From an uncultured virus (IMG/VR IMGVR_UViG_3300003876_000001) (lineage: Duplodnaviria; Heunggongvirae; Uroviricota; Caudoviricetes), in IMG/VR virus record IMGVR_UViG_3300003876_000001, positions 1-64,000 of that record: a DNA stretch of 64,000 nucleotides; one strand, written 5' to 3'. The notes under the pieces were generated by a model. It was not told the origin of the DNA. It made no database searches and saw only the letters and a list, made by a program, of their open reading frames with translations. Numbering within the stretch: the stretch's first letter is position 1; every line of letters begins with the position of its first letter. The position numbers and the translations under genes are program-made. Of this stretch, positions 45,528 through 58,393 are shown piece after piece.

Positions 45528-47594
45528 ATGGTTAAAAAAATCAAAAAAATTGAATCAGTAAAAGATAGTGGTGTAGAGCATGTTTCGGTTATTCCAATGA
45601 ATATTGAGTTGGAAGAGAAGAAAAAGAAAGCAAGAATTTTAGCTAAAAAATTAAGAGAAGATACTGGAAATCTTGAAGCTGTTATTGTTACTGCTGATGG
45701 AACTCCTAAACTAGCTAGTCAACTGGATTTAGTTGAAAGAGAAATTGAAATTGCTAAATGTGCTGTTAATGCTATTTATTTTATTGAAACATATTTTACA
45801 ATTTTTGATCAGACTGATAAAACACAAGGTGAAGATGGTAGTATTGTACCATTTAAATTGTTTGATTTCCAAAAAGACCTTATTCATGATTATCAAAAAA
45901 ATAGGTTAAATATTGCAAATAAATATCGTCAGGCAGGTATTTCAACATCAACATCCGCATATATTGCTTGGTATATGGCATTTACTACTATTGCAAGAAA
46001 CGTTGCAATAGTTGCCGATAAGCAAGAAACTGCAATGAATGAGATGATGAAGGATGTTGTTGATTTTCTTGAAGCATGTCCTGATTGGTTAGTCCCTCAA
46101 CCAACTGAAAAAGATAATGAAAAACATAAGATTTATTCTAATGGTTCTCAAATAAAAGCATTTGCAACTTCAGGTCTTCGAGGTTATACTCCAACATTAC
46201 TTTTTTGGGATGAAACTGCTTGGGCAGATAATAGTGAGAAGTTCTGGACTGCAACTAGACCTGCTGTAATGAATACTGGTGGTAGAGCAATTTTTGTATC
46301 AACACCTAATGGTCTTGACCCAATTTTTTATAAAACATTTGATGCTGCTAGAAAGGGTAAAAGTAAATTTAATGCTGTTGAACTTTGGTGGTTTAATGAT
46401 CCAAGATATATTGTTCATGAAGAAACACGTGAACTTGATTTAAAATGGGTTAAAAATAGAGGACATCAAGATGAAATTGTATTAGAAGACGAAGGTTGGT
46501 CTAAAGAAAAAAGAATTCAAATGCATAATGATGGTTGGTTAGCAGTTTCTTCATGGATGGATGATCAAATTATGGAATATAATGGTGATAATAAGAAACT
46601 TGCACAAGAGTTACTTTGTTCATTCTTAGGTTCTGGTGACAACTTTATTGCTGAAGAATATATTAAATATATTGAAGATAATCAAATTCAAACACCTCTT
46701 CGTCAAGAATATTTAGATAATGAAATGTATATTTGGGAAGACCCTGAACCAGATGAGACATACATTCAATCTATTGATGTTTCTTCTGGTCATGGTTTAG
46801 ATTATTCAACAGTTAATATATTTAGAATAGAAGAAACTATTGAAATTAAAAAACTTACCAAAAATGGTAAAACTAAAGAAAAGAAAGTTAGAAGACATAA
46901 AGCAGTTCAAGTTGCAGAATATTATAATAAAGTCCTTCCTAGTGTATTAGGTGAAATTGGATATGAGTATGGTGTTAGATATAATAATGCATATACTATT
47001 GTTGATGTTACTGGTGGTTATGGTGCACAAACATTAGAAAAATTATTCGAATTAGGTTATGAACATATCCATTATGGTGAAATAACTCATAAACCAACTA
47101 GAGATAGATTAAATGGATATATTAAAGTATCTCAAAAAACAATGCCCGATGGTAAAATAAGTAAAATAGATTTAATTCCGGGTTTCTTTATTGGGAGTAA
47201 TAGAGGTTCAGTTTTAATTGAACTACAAAGAAGTATCAACATGGGTGATGTAACTATACGCTCAGTACGTTTACTTGATGAATTAAAGACTTTCGTGACT
47301 GTTGCAGGTAATCGAGTTGCTGACCATAAAAGATCGTTTCACGATGATTCTATTATGGGAACTGCTATGGCATTATATTCTTTGTTCCATGAACTATTTA
47401 AAATGGTAGAAAGCAAAGAAAGAATAAAAAAAATGCTTGATGCAATAATAGTTTTAGGTAGTGATGTTATAGTTGAAGATGTAAAAAAAGAAAAAGATAA
47501 ACATAATGTTCTTACTAGAACACCCGATTATAGGGTTACTAGAACAAACCCAAATGGTGCAAATTCTTGGTTATTTGATGGATTAAAAAATTAA
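45528..47594 (+). CDS. terL: Terminase large subunit (gp17-like)
   Basis: KYRQAGIST, FWDETAW, STPNG, IDVSSG, HDD. Confidence 0.93.
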   Translation: MVKKIKKIESVKDSGVEHVSVIPMNIELEEKKKKARILAKKLREDTGNLEAVIVTADGTPKLASQLDLVEREIEIAKCAVNAIYFIETYFTIFDQTDKTQGEDGSIVPFKLFDFQKDLIHDYQKNRLNIANKYRQAGISTSTSAYIAWYMAFTTIARNVAIVADKQETAMNEMMKDVVDFLEACPDWLVPQPTEKDNEKHKIYSNGSQIKAFATSGLRGYTPTLLFWDETAWADNSEKFWTATRPAVMNTGGRAIFVSTPNGLDPIFYKTFDAARKGKSKFNAVELWWFNDPRYIVHEETRELDLKWVKNRGHQDEIVLEDEGWSKEKRIQMHNDGWLAVSSWMDDQIMEYNGDNKKLAQELLCSFLGSGDNFIAEEYIKYIEDNQIQTPLRQEYLDNEMYIWEDPEPDETYIQSIDVSSGHGLDYSTVNIFRIEETIEIKKLTKNGKTKEKKVRRHKAVQVAEYYNKVLPSVLGEIGYEYGVRYNNAYTIVDVTGGYGAQTLEKLFELGYEHIHYGEITHKPTRDRLNGYIKVSQKTMPDGKISKIDLIPGFFIGSNRGSVLIELQRSINMGDVTIRSVRLLDELKTFVTVAGNRVADHKRSFHDDSIMGTAMALYSLFHELFKMVESKERIKKMLDAIIVLGSDVIVEDVKKEKDKHNVLTRTPDYRVTRTNPNGANSWLFDGLKN

Positions 47595-47670
47595 GAATTA
47601 TAAATGTATTTATAATTGAGATTTTTCATGAAAAATTAGTATTTATAATAAATTATAAATTTTTATAATA

Positions 47671-49743
47671 ATGGCAAAACAAAATAAAACAGTATATCAA
47701 AATTTAAATTCAATGATGAATTTAGATGGGACTGGGTATGATATAGTAGAACCCTTACAAAACAAGAAGGTTGTAATTAGAGGTAATTCACCTGACGAAA
47801 TTAAAAGAAAAGGTCTTGAACTACAGCAACAAGAGGCACTTAAAAATAAAATGTTCAGCACCATTGATCATGGCTTTCAAAAGGCTATGCAATATGAAGC
47901 TGCTCGTTTACCTGCATATTTAGATTATGAAGGTATGGAATATTACCCAATAATAGCATCTTCATTGGATTTATTGATGGAAGAAGCAACTACTATTGGT
48001 TCTGATGGTCAAATGTTGAAAATTTATTCAGATAAAGAAAGAATAAAAAATCATCTTGAAGAATTATTTTATGATATTGTAAATGTAAACGTAAACTTAC
48101 CGTTTTGGACTAGAAATTTAGTTAAATATGGTGATAATTTTGTTTATATGTTAGGTGAGAAGAAAAGAGGTATTACCTTCATGAAGCAAATGGTTAACTA
48201 TGAAATGGAACGTATTGAACGTATTCATAATGGTAAGGCATCAGTTAAGTTTAAACAAAGAGAAACTAATGATGAATTTAATTTATTTGAAATTGCACAT
48301 TTTAGATTGCTTGGTGATGATAAATATTTACCATATGGTTCATCTACATTAAACAAAGTACGTAGAGTTTTCCGTCAATTAATTATGGCTGAAGATGCTA
48401 TGCTTACATATCGTATTATACGTGCAGGTGAAAAAAGAGTATTTAAAATTGATGTTGGTAATATTGATGAAGATGATATTGAATCATACACACAAAAAAT
48501 AGCTGCTAGATTTAAAAAGCAACAACAAGTACATGGTGATACAGGTCAAATTGATTACCGTTTTAATATTTTAGGTAATGATGAAGATTATATTATTCCA
48601 GTAAGAAATGCCAATGTTCAAACAGGTATAGATACATTACCCGGTGCTTCTAACTTAGATCAAATACAAGATATTGAATATCTAAGAGATAATTTATTTA
48701 CAGGTTTAGGAATTCCGAAACCATTTCTCGGATTTCAAGAATCAGCAGGTGATGGTAAAAATCTTGCACAAATGGATATACGTTTCTCTAAGAAGATTAA
48801 TCGTATTCAACAAGCAGTTATACAGGAATTAAATAAAATGGCTATAATTCATCTTTATTTACTTGGTTTTAGTAAAGAAGATTTAAGTAATTTTAGTCTT
48901 TCATTAACTAATCCTTCAACACAACAAGATATTTTACAAACTGAATTATTACAATCTAAGGCACAAGTTTATACTGAACTTACTAGAAGTGAAGGTGGAA
49001 TTGCTGCAATGTCACATACTGAAGCTAAGAAACTAGTATTAAATATGTCAGAAAAAGAGATTATTAATGATCTTAAAATGCAAAGAATGGAACGTGCAGT
49101 ATCTCAAGAACTTCAAGATTCACCTCTGGTTATTAGAGAAACTGGATTATTTACCGATATTGATAATAAATATGGTTCTGGTGAATTACCAATTAGTGGT
49201 GATACTGCTGGTGGAATGGATGATGAATTTGGTGATGCTGGTGGTGATATGAATATTCCACCAGCAGATGGTGGTGGAATGGATGCACCACAATCTCCAA
49301 ATGATTTACCAGTAGTAATTGGTCAAGGTCAAGGATTTGGAGATAAAAGACCTATAATAGGTTACGGTAAACGACCATCAATAGTTTCAGAAGATAATTA
49401 TAAAAAATATGGTGCTAAATTCGATAATTTTATTGAAGAAATGGTAAATAATGACAATAAAAAAGTCCAAAAGAAAGCTGAAACAAAGAAAATTATAAGA
49501 GAAAACGATTCTAAAAATAAAAAACTTAACGAAAAAGCTGATCAAATGACTAGTGAAATAGATGCTTTGTTAGAAAATTCTGATACTATTAATACAAATA
49601 AAGATGAAGTATCTACAAGAAATTTCGAAAGTAAAAGAAATGATATCGATAAACCAACTAAAGATTCTAAAAAGAAAATTGCTGAAGGTGTTGATATTAT
49701 GAATTTAAATATTGAAGATGTTGAAAACATTAAAAAGAAATAA
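47671..49743 (+). CDS. Portal protein (T4 gp20-like)
   Basis: EDAMLTYRIIRA.EKRVFKIDVGN, EDY..P.R, IDTLPG. Confidence 0.93.
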   Translation: MAKQNKTVYQNLNSMMNLDGTGYDIVEPLQNKKVVIRGNSPDEIKRKGLELQQQEALKNKMFSTIDHGFQKAMQYEAARLPAYLDYEGMEYYPIIASSLDLLMEEATTIGSDGQMLKIYSDKERIKNHLEELFYDIVNVNVNLPFWTRNLVKYGDNFVYMLGEKKRGITFMKQMVNYEMERIERIHNGKASVKFKQRETNDEFNLFEIAHFRLLGDDKYLPYGSSTLNKVRRVFRQLIMAEDAMLTYRIIRAGEKRVFKIDVGNIDEDDIESYTQKIAARFKKQQQVHGDTGQIDYRFNILGNDEDYIIPVRNANVQTGIDTLPGASNLDQIQDIEYLRDNLFTGLGIPKPFLGFQESAGDGKNLAQMDIRFSKKINRIQQAVIQELNKMAIIHLYLLGFSKEDLSNFSLSLTNPSTQQDILQTELLQSKAQVYTELTRSEGGIAAMSHTEAKKLVLNMSEKEIINDLKMQRMERAVSQELQDSPLVIRETGLFTDIDNKYGSGELPISGDTAGGMDDEFGDAGGDMNIPPADGGGMDAPQSPNDLPVVIGQGQGFGDKRPIIGYGKRPSIVSEDNYKKYGAKFDNFIEEMVNNDNKKVQKKAETKKIIRENDSKNKKLNEKADQMTSEIDALLENSDTINTNKDEVSTRNFESKRNDIDKPTKDSKKKIAEGVDIMNLNIEDVENIKKK

Positions 49744-49744
49744 T

Positions 49745-50116
49745 CTATAATAAACTATATTTTGGTGTTTTAATTTCAGTAATACCATTTCTAAATGCGT
49801 ATTCTAAATATATTATGTTTTTAAATTTTTTGAAAATCTTTAATATTTCACTGTTTTTTAGTTTGATTTGATTATTGTCAATATCTAATTCTATTATAAA
49901 AAATTTAATTATATGTGTTAATAATATAGACATTTCTTCATAATATTCAGTATTATTTGTTTCAAATAATATAATAAGACGAACCCATTTAACAATTGTT
50001 GAATCGTTTCTAGTTTTTACCCACTTATCAATATCATTGAAATCATCAATAAATTGTTCTGATTTTTTTAGAAAACAATTATAATGGTTTGGTGTATAAA
50101 ATTTTATGAATTTCAT
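49745..50116 (-). CDS. Hypothetical protein (start moved to MKFIKF)
   Basis: TATTTATA immediately upstream on the minus strand. Confidence 0.45.
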   Translation of the reverse strand: MKFIKFYTPNHYNCFLKKSEQFIDDFNDIDKWVKTRNDSTIVKWVRLIILFETNNTEYYEEMSILLTHIIKFFIIELDIDNNQIKLKNSEILKIFKKFKNIIYLEYAFRNGITEIKTPKYSLL

Positions 50117-50285
50117 ATCTATAAATACTAATTGATTTTTAATACTGGAAGATAAGAATTTTGGTATTGCTAAAACAATAGTAGCGAATAAAGTTAGTAA
50201 TGAATTTTTAAATGAATCGAATATTAACAACTCAAAAAAATTAGCAAGTAATTTTATTAATGTAGTAAAAGAATCTCCAATTTTA

Positions 50286-50939
50286 ATGTTTGAATATTCA
50301 ATTATAGAAAATATTGAGAATAAACATATTGAAAATGATGTTTTAGCTGCAAAATATATTGATGAAAATGTAAAATTATTTGAAGCATTTACTCAAGAAG
50401 AAGTAATTGATGTACATGAGAAATTAAATGAGTTTATTACTAATGAAGATACTGTTAATATATCTGAATCAAAAAAATTATTATATAAATCAATTAGTAC
50501 ATTGGTTTTTGAAAAAGCTAAAGGATCAAATAATATTAATGAATCACATAATGCATATTCAAATGTATTAAATTATCTAAAAGAAAACATCAATGAAGGA
50601 ACTGAAATTGAAGATAAATTTGAATTACTTGATGAAAATATTGATTTAGATGCTGTTGTTGAAGTAGCAATTGAAAAATTTAATACTAAGTTTGAAACAC
50701 TTAATGAAGATGAAAAAAATATGTTGATTGATATTATTTATGGTGATCCAAAAAAGAAAGAAGATTTATTTGAATCTTTAAAAACTGAAAATATAAACAT
50801 TTTAACTCATAGTGAAAAAAACGGTGTAGAAGATAAAATAAATGAAGGTATTGATAAACTAAATCAAATGGATTTTAATGTTGATACTGTTAATGAAAAT
50901 CTTATTTTATTATACAATCTTAAACAAAACTTAATTTAA
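50286..50939 (+). CDS. Hypothetical helical protein (frame open from ~50145)
   Basis: Acidic ORF downstream of portal. Confidence 0.6.
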   Translation: MFEYSIIENIENKHIENDVLAAKYIDENVKLFEAFTQEEVIDVHEKLNEFITNEDTVNISESKKLLYKSISTLVFEKAKGSNNINESHNAYSNVLNYLKENINEGTEIEDKFELLDENIDLDAVVEVAIEKFNTKFETLNEDEKNMLIDIIYGDPKKKEDLFESLKTENINILTHSEKNGVEDKINEGIDKLNQMDFNVDTVNENLILLYNLKQNLI

Positions 50940-52276
50940 ACATATTTTTGATATTTCATACTACCGTCAGTACCTAGTGTTGCCAATTTAGCATGTTTTT
51001 TATTAACACCTGCGGCATTATGAGAAATATGTATCCAAATCGATGTAATATTTTCACTCTTTTTTTCATAGATAATTTGATCATAGGGTATTGTTGATAC
51101 AACAATTTCTTGAAATACTTTAAACAAGTCTTTACTATTTGTTGCACTAATACGCACATCAGCAGCTTCCCCTGTTTGATGTTGGCTGGTAACAACCCCA
51201 CCAACCTTAGAATTCAATTGTTTATTTCTGAACGAACTATTCACCGTTAACTTTTCACCACCAATAATATCATCTGTTATTCTTTGTAATACGTTTTTAG
51301 CTAATGATTCTAAATTATTAATTTCAGCTTTATTTGGAATATTTAATATTCCTGTACTAGTTACAATTAAATCACCTAAAACATAATCTTTAGATAATAT
51401 TTTTGTTCTGTCAACATTATCTATATCAATATTAGATGTTTCAACATCTGCTTGAAAAGTATCAAATGTGAAATCAATATCATATCCAAACCAAATACCT
51501 TGTGGTTTGTGATCTGTTTTATTAATATTACCTAACACATTAAATATTCTTTTAATATAATTAATTCCTTCATCATACCCCTTTTTATTTTCAGCTAATT
51601 TAGCTGTTCCTGTAAATGTTGATCTTACATATTTTGATCCTTGATTATAACCATATAAACTACTAGCTGCGTTATATGCTGCTTTATACCCAATACCAGC
51701 CATAAGTCTACATTGTGCTTTAATTATTAAATCAGGATTATCCATAATATTTTGAAAAAATGGGATTTTATTGTTTTTTGCTGTTTGTAATGCTGGATTT
51801 GAATCTTTATATACGTATGAATTTTGTTGTTTTCCGTTTGTTAGATTTAATATTAATTTATCTTTTTCATCATCAGTAAATTCTATACTAATATGACTCG
51901 CATCACCAAAACCACCAATAGCAACATCATATAATGTTGCACTTAAAAATTGACTAATTCCTTGTGCACCAGTACTTGAGTATGCCCATAAATTATATTT
52001 ACTTTCAATATATGCTTGTGCTGCAATAATATTAGCATCTAAATCATATAAATCTGCATAAAAATTAAACCATTGTATTAGGGACTCTCCTAATTGAAAA
52101 TTAGTAACAATGGGTTCTCCATTTAATGTAGGATTAGCAGTATAAATAGTACTTGAAGGATTACCACTATTTGGTAATCCATATGATTGTTTACCTACAA
52201 GTAAACTATTACTAGTTCCTTTACATATTGTTTTAATAAACTGTATTCCTGTATTTGTTAATTTTTTATATGGCAT
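50936..52276 (-). CDS. Peptidoglycan hydrolase: SLT transglycosylase plus M15 peptidase
   Basis: IES..GAQGISQF..YNQG; SSFR, SQHQTGEAAD, WIHIS. Confidence 0.85.
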   Translation of the reverse strand: MPYKKLTNTGIQFIKTICKGTSNSLLVGKQSYGLPNSGNPSSTIYTANPTLNGEPIVTNFQLGESLIQWFNFYADLYDLDANIIAAQAYIESKYNLWAYSSTGAQGISQFLSATLYDVAIGGFGDASHISIEFTDDEKDKLILNLTNGKQQNSYVYKDSNPALQTAKNNKIPFFQNIMDNPDLIIKAQCRLMAGIGYKAAYNAASSLYGYNQGSKYVRSTFTGTAKLAENKKGYDEGINYIKRIFNVLGNINKTDHKPQGIWFGYDIDFTFDTFQADVETSNIDIDNVDRTKILSKDYVLGDLIVTSTGILNIPNKAEINNLESLAKNVLQRITDDIIGGEKLTVNSSFRNKQLNSKVGGVVTSQHQTGEAADVRISATNSKDLFKVFQEIVVSTIPYDQIIYEKKSENITSIWIHISHNAAGVNKKHAKLATLGTDGSMKYQKYV

Positions 52277-52286
52277 ATTTATTTTT

Positions 52287-55200
52287 TTAATTTGGGCTTA
52301 TTGATAATCCAAACATTGAGTTATTATAATTTGGTTCACCGTTTACATCTTTAACATTTTTTAATGTTGATGATGACATTAGTATCACATCATCACTCCC
52401 ATTATTACTACTTAAATCTTCAGCACTACCTGTTTCAATACCTACTATGGTTGCAAAACTTTTTACAAATGGATTAGGATATTTTAATATTTTAACACCT
52501 TCAAATTCTGTTGTCATATGATTTGCTTTTACCGTATGCTTAACATCAGTAATCATATATGCACCAGAATACATTGGTATATTTTCTAATTGAAAATATT
52601 GCGTTGGTTGTATCATTACATTACCCAACATACTTACCTTAACAGAATATGCCCTATTTTCATAAAGACTAAATAAATTTTGACCTTTAGGTACTGGTGC
52701 TGTTGTTTTACCATCACCTGCAATACGAGATAAAATAGCTAACGAGTCTGCGGTTTCTGGAAATTCTCTACCCTCTAATTGAATATCCGTAAAAAATGAT
52801 TGATTTTGTTCACCAAATCTTACTCTAAATGCTTTAGGTTCAGAATAATTAAATTTGGGTTCATTAGGATTTGTAGGTCTTTTTGCTGCATTCTTAACTT
52901 CTAGTGAATCATCACATTCACCAACATTTATAAAATCAGGTAAACCACCTTCCTCCAAATCAAGTATACCATCATTATCGTATTGACTATTAACATTATC
53001 TAATGTAGATGATGTACCACCAATATACATACATACAAATGCTGCTGTTGCAGGTTGTTCTACTGTTTCAAAAATACTAAATGCATTTTCCCAACTATCA
53101 TTACCATTACCTGTTTTTTTATCATCATCTTTATTACCATCAAAAACCATAAAATTTTGTAATGGAAAGAATTCGAACCCATTTAAAGATAATATTCTTG
53201 AAAATACTTGGAACATATTTAAATCGTAATCTTGTGACATTTCAATAATTGCATCAACATTTATTACAACATCATCACCAATAGGATTCATTGCTCTATC
53301 AACAAATGCAAATTTACTAATTAAACTATCTTTATCATTAATATTTAATGGGAATCCTCTTTTTTCAGTATCAATACCAGATACCCATTTATCTGATATA
53401 TTTTTAAATGAATAATATAATTGTGTTTTAATATCCTCGTCTTCAACTTGACTTCTAAACCCACTATCTATTTCTGTTAATTCTTTTTTTCTTTTTGGTA
53501 ACACTTCACTTAATTTAAGCCAAAATGCTTCAAAAAAAGTATCGTTTGCTTTTTTTCTTTCTGCATTACCATTAGAATCTAATAAAGATTGATAACTTCT
53601 AGTTGGATTTGGTTGCGTACTATCGATATTTTTAAAAGTATATTCAGAAAAATTAAGTATTGATCTTGTCAAAAACATATTATCTGTGATTTCATTATCA
53701 ATATTTTTTTTAATCATATAATCCTTAATGAAATCATATACTTCACCATTATCGGTTTTATCTAAATCTGTTGCATCATCAACAGCACTCATAATATCTA
53801 ATATTAAGTCAAGATAATCATTATATCCACCATTCCCTCTCGTAATCCAATCATCTAAAAAATCTAAAAATGAAGCACTATCTTTAGCTGATAATTGATT
53901 AATAGTATTTGTATCAATTTTAATATAATGTCCATTAAAACTAAGTGCTTTAAACCAATTTTGATCTAGAAGAGTATTAATTTCACTTTTTACTGGAATA
54001 CTTGAATTATTATATTCAATTAATGACCCCATATATAAAACACTAAAATTGGGTACTTCAACAACTGCTGGCGTTAGAAAAGAATCATTAACAGTAATAG
54101 CATCATCGTCTAGATCAATTTGTAATTTACTAAAATATGATCTAGAATTTCCAAACATTGATGACAATAAAAAAGCATTTGTTCTAATATTATAAGAACC
54201 ACCCGTTAAAACATCTCTAATTTCTGTTCCATAATTTGCAAGTGATGTTGCTAAATTAAATCCAAAATTACCATTTCCTTTTCTTTTTTCTTGATCATCT
54301 GTAAATGTTACGGTATCTAGAAATGATAAAAATGAATTTTCACTATCAGTATAATCATTGATAATTGAATTATCTATTCTATTTTGATAAATTGTATTAA
54401 GATTACCAGTAAAATCATCTGCTGAATCAGGAAAATATGGTATATTTTCTTTTGTAAATTGTTTAATATTTGAACGATCATTATTATACATCCAATCAAT
54501 AAATGTATTTTTAGTATCATTTAAAAATCCACCAATTGGATTATTAGTATCTTCATTCATATTTGTACTAGGTGGGTTATCAAGTATTGACATTCCTTCA
54601 AAATTTGGATCATCAGTATTTCTATATAGTTTTGTTTCACCGTTGGTTAATGTTTGAAATATACCATTTACTGAATTAAATGAGGTAATATCTTTTATTG
54701 TATCATAAAATAAATCAGCATCACCTTTAAATCCACCATATTTATTTATTGCTTCAGCATTTGCAATATATTTAATTAAATCATCTCTTTTTAATCCACC
54801 ACCACCAAACCATGCAAATGATGGTACGGTTAATCCTACTGGTACTACAATACCAAGTGCTGCATTTCTTTCATCTGAATAGAATGTATCACCATATGTA
54901 AATTGTGATGCTATATAAAATCTATTTAATAGTCTATCATTATATCCCCAAGGTCTTTATATAAAGAACTATCAGCAGGTGTTATAGGTATCCATTCGTT
55001 ATTACCATTAGAATCTATTTGAGTTCTCATTTCTGCAATTGTTTCTTCTTTTTTAATTGCAATAATTTTATCTATAAATTTTTCAATAAAATCTACTTCA
55101 GGAAATTGTTCATCTATTTTAAATTCTGGCATTCTACGAACTTTTCTAGTAACACCACAAGTAATATCTTCTTTAACATATAAAGGAAACGGATATATTT

Positions 55201-56806
55201 TTTTTGTAACATTTTTACTTTTTTGTTCTTGAATTTCACCAATAATATTATTAAAGAATTTATTATGATGTGTTTCTGCATTTTTACTAACACCACCCAA
55301 AACCTTGAAGAAATTATCAATATCATCACAAAGTATTTTAAATATATTATATATTGATGGTTTAAAACCAAGTATATCTTCGATTTTATTGTTAACAACA
55401 CCAACTAATTCTTGTTGTGATTCTTTAACAATATCTTGTTTTTCTTTAATAATTTTTCTTAATTTAATATAAAATTCAGTTACGTCAATTACATTGTATT
55501 GATCATAATCATTTTCAGTAGTTGCGTTTGGTGGTGTTTGATCTTTAATGAAAATAGGTTGTCCTATATCAGTATCAACAATATTATTTCTTGAAAATAT
55601 TTTACCTTCATCTAATAAGGCTGTTCTATAACTAAGTAAAGCATCTTTCATTTTAGTTGCTGCATCATCAGGTAATGGAACATTAATATTACCATCTCTA
55701 GATGGTATATATTGAATACCCATATACATTCTAGTATCTTCTGTTTTACTATTATTACCACTATCGGTAGCTTCTTTTATAATACTATCATATACACTTA
55801 CGTTTTCAGGTTGCACAATACTAAAATCACCACCATCATCAGATGTCTGATTTTCAGGTATTGTACCATTATTTTTAAGTATTAAATGAGCATTTTTTTG
55901 AAATATACTATCTACCCTTCCACTAAACTGATTCATAGTATTAATAACATCTTTACCATTCTGAAGACCTAATTTAGCATCATCAAATTTTTTCGATTCT
56001 CTTGATGTATTTTTTAATTTCTTTAATTCATCCATTAATCTTTTTAATTTTTGAACTAATTCATATGTATTTCTTGGTACTACTCTAGGATCAGAATTTA
56101 ATTGATTTGGATTAATTGGATTCACATTATCTTGCATTGCAGATTCATTAACCTTTTCATCTGGTTCTAGATGTGTGTTTGTTGACATTAATGATACTAT
56201 TTCAGCAAATTTAAATGGAATATCTGCTAATGGTGCAAATGTTCTTGCAACAAAATCAACAGTAATATAATAATTACCTGTTTTAGAATCAAATCTTGTT
56301 TTATGTTTAACTAAATGTAAATCATAATCTAATGCTCTACCATAATATCCTTTTAAAGTCATTTTAAATATTGGTGGTGGAAAATCATATATTAATGAAT
56401 ATGGTGATTTTTCACCTAAATTAAAAAACGTCATACCACGAATATCAACAAATTCAATAGTTACCGTTGGTATAAATGATGAATTAATATTAACATTTAT
56501 TTTTGATACACCAAAACCATCGAGAATTTTTTCATTTTGACTTGTACTATCAGTCCATTTTGTTGTAAATTTTGATGAATTTTTTACATTTTCATTAAAA
56601 TCAACACCCATCATATTAACATTAGTATTACTTAATGCAGTTTTAAGAGACACACCGCCTTGATTAGCATTTAATGTAAGTATACTTCTTTCTCTTCTTT
56701 CACCTAATAATTCTGCGAACATGAACATTTTTTCATATTCAGGAGTTCCATTAGGTAGTTTTGTTACCGAATCTAAAGGATCTATTAATTTAACGCTGTT
56801 TGCCAT
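52287..56806 (-). CDS. Large baseplate/tail-associated protein, split by a frameshift near 54930
   Basis: Frame of 52287..54593 stays open to ~54930 (LLNRFY); C-terminal MLGNVMIQPTQYF..GAYMITDVKH is hub-like. Confidence 0.6.
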
Positions 56807-56893
56807 TATGTTTTATAATTTAATATAAATAGTCATTTCAAAAAAACCCTATTCGTTTAGAGAATTAAAAACTATTTATATAAAACAATAAAT

Positions 56894-57298
56894 ATGAATT
56901 TTATATTATCCATATTACCAATATTAGGACAAATTAATTTAGAGGGATTTGAGGCAGCAGCAGAACAGAATACAATTTTTGCGATTTTGGTGTCTTTAGT
57001 ATTAATCTTGTTTGGTATTATTCTTTTTTTATTTAATGAACTTAGAAAAATACAAGAAACATATTTAAAAAAAATTGATGAAATTAGAAAAGATGGTATT
57101 GTGAAGGAAGATGAGAGAAATCTTCATTGGAGAGAATCTGAAAAGGAAACATTAACAGTTTTAAAGGGTGTAAATAGTGTATTAGAAATGAGTGAAAAAA
57201 TGAAAGAAAATGATACCGAAAAAATTATTAATAAAATTGATTCATTAGAGACATCTATTAAAACAACAATTGAAATAAACAAAAAAAGAAATGGATAA
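56894..57298 (+). CDS. Membrane protein (holin-like)
   Basis: One TM helix followed by coiled coil. Confidence 0.45.
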   Translation: MNFILSILPILGQINLEGFEAAAEQNTIFAILVSLVLILFGIILFLFNELRKIQETYLKKIDEIRKDGIVKEDERNLHWRESEKETLTVLKGVNSVLEMSEKMKENDTEKIINKIDSLETSIKTTIEINKKRNG

Positions 57299-57728
57299 AA
57301 TTAGTGAATTAAAAAAGACAAATAATTTTATACAACATCGAATTAAAGAAATAACAAATAATAGTTGTCTTACAACAAATAATGAAAGTAATGATTATCT
57401 TGTTGATGTAAAATATCATGGAGAAAATGATACGACCTCTACCAATATTTTTAAATTAAAGAAGGGTATGAAGTCCAATATTATTACGAATGATGTATTT
57501 AATAGAATTGTTTGTACTAAAGGATCAATAAAAATAAAATACATCAGATTTAAAGATGATGTAATTATTACAACACCAAATACACAATTAATACTCCCAA
57601 ACAGTAGATATATAATTGAAGCACTTGAAGATTGTGAACTCATAAGTATATATATATCAAAGAAAACTGCTAAGAATTTTATAATAAAACAACAAGAAAC
57701 TATTTATAATAAAAAAATTAAGGTATGA
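57291..57728 (+). CDS. Hypothetical protein (cupin-like)
   Basis: CTKGSI..YIIEALEDC. Confidence 0.45.
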   Translation: MDKISELKKTNNFIQHRIKEITNNSCLTTNNESNDYLVDVKYHGENDTTSTNIFKLKKGMKSNIITNDVFNRIVCTKGSIKIKYIRFKDDVIITTPNTQLILPNSRYIIEALEDCELISIYISKKTAKNFIIKQQETIYNKKIKV

Positions 57729-58393
57729 GCAAAATTTTAGAACGTGGCGAAACAGGCTTCGGTATATTAATAGAAACGGATGCTGGTTATATTTCGAGTG
57801 ATTTAAATCAACATTTAATAACTGAAGGTTTTGTAGTAAAACCGAATGAACCAGTATTAATTAATTGTATTCTTCAAAAATGGGGAGTAGAAAATAAGAA
57901 TAATAGAATATATCCAAAGGAAGTATTAATACCACAAGTTGAAGAATATCAAAAATTGGTTGATACCAATTCTGCAATATCTGAAGCAGATCATCCTGAT
58001 TCATCAGTAGTATCATTACTTAATACATCACATTTAATAAAAAAAATATGGTGGGGTGAAGGAGAGAAAGAAAAATATATGCGTGAAGGAATTGTGTCTA
58101 TGGTTGGAGATAAAATTGTTGAGTATTTAAAGAGAGGTATTAGATTAGGTATATCATCACGTGGTGTTGGGTCATTAAAAGAATCAAACGGTAAAAATAT
58201 TGTTCAAAAAGATTTTGAATTAATATGTTTTGATTTGGTTGCTAGTCCAAGTACACCGGGTGCATATTTATTTCCTGATAGAAATGAAATGCAAGTTGGT
58301 GAGAATAAATTCTTAAAAACTGGAAATGGAATTGTGAATTTAAATGAAAATGATAAAAAAGTTCTTGATGCAATTGATCAGTTTTTATTATAA
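57725..58393 (+). CDS. Prohead protease (T4 gp21-like)
   Basis: NKNNRIYP, EADHP, GISSRGVGS, DLVASPS. Confidence 0.92.
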   Translation: MSKILERGETGFGILIETDAGYISSDLNQHLITEGFVVKPNEPVLINCILQKWGVENKNNRIYPKEVLIPQVEEYQKLVDTNSAISEADHPDSSVVSLLNTSHLIKKIWWGEGEKEKYMREGIVSMVGDKIVEYLKRGIRLGISSRGVGSLKESNGKNIVQKDFELICFDLVASPSTPGAYLFPDRNEMQVGENKFLKTGNGIVNLNENDKKVLDAIDQFLL

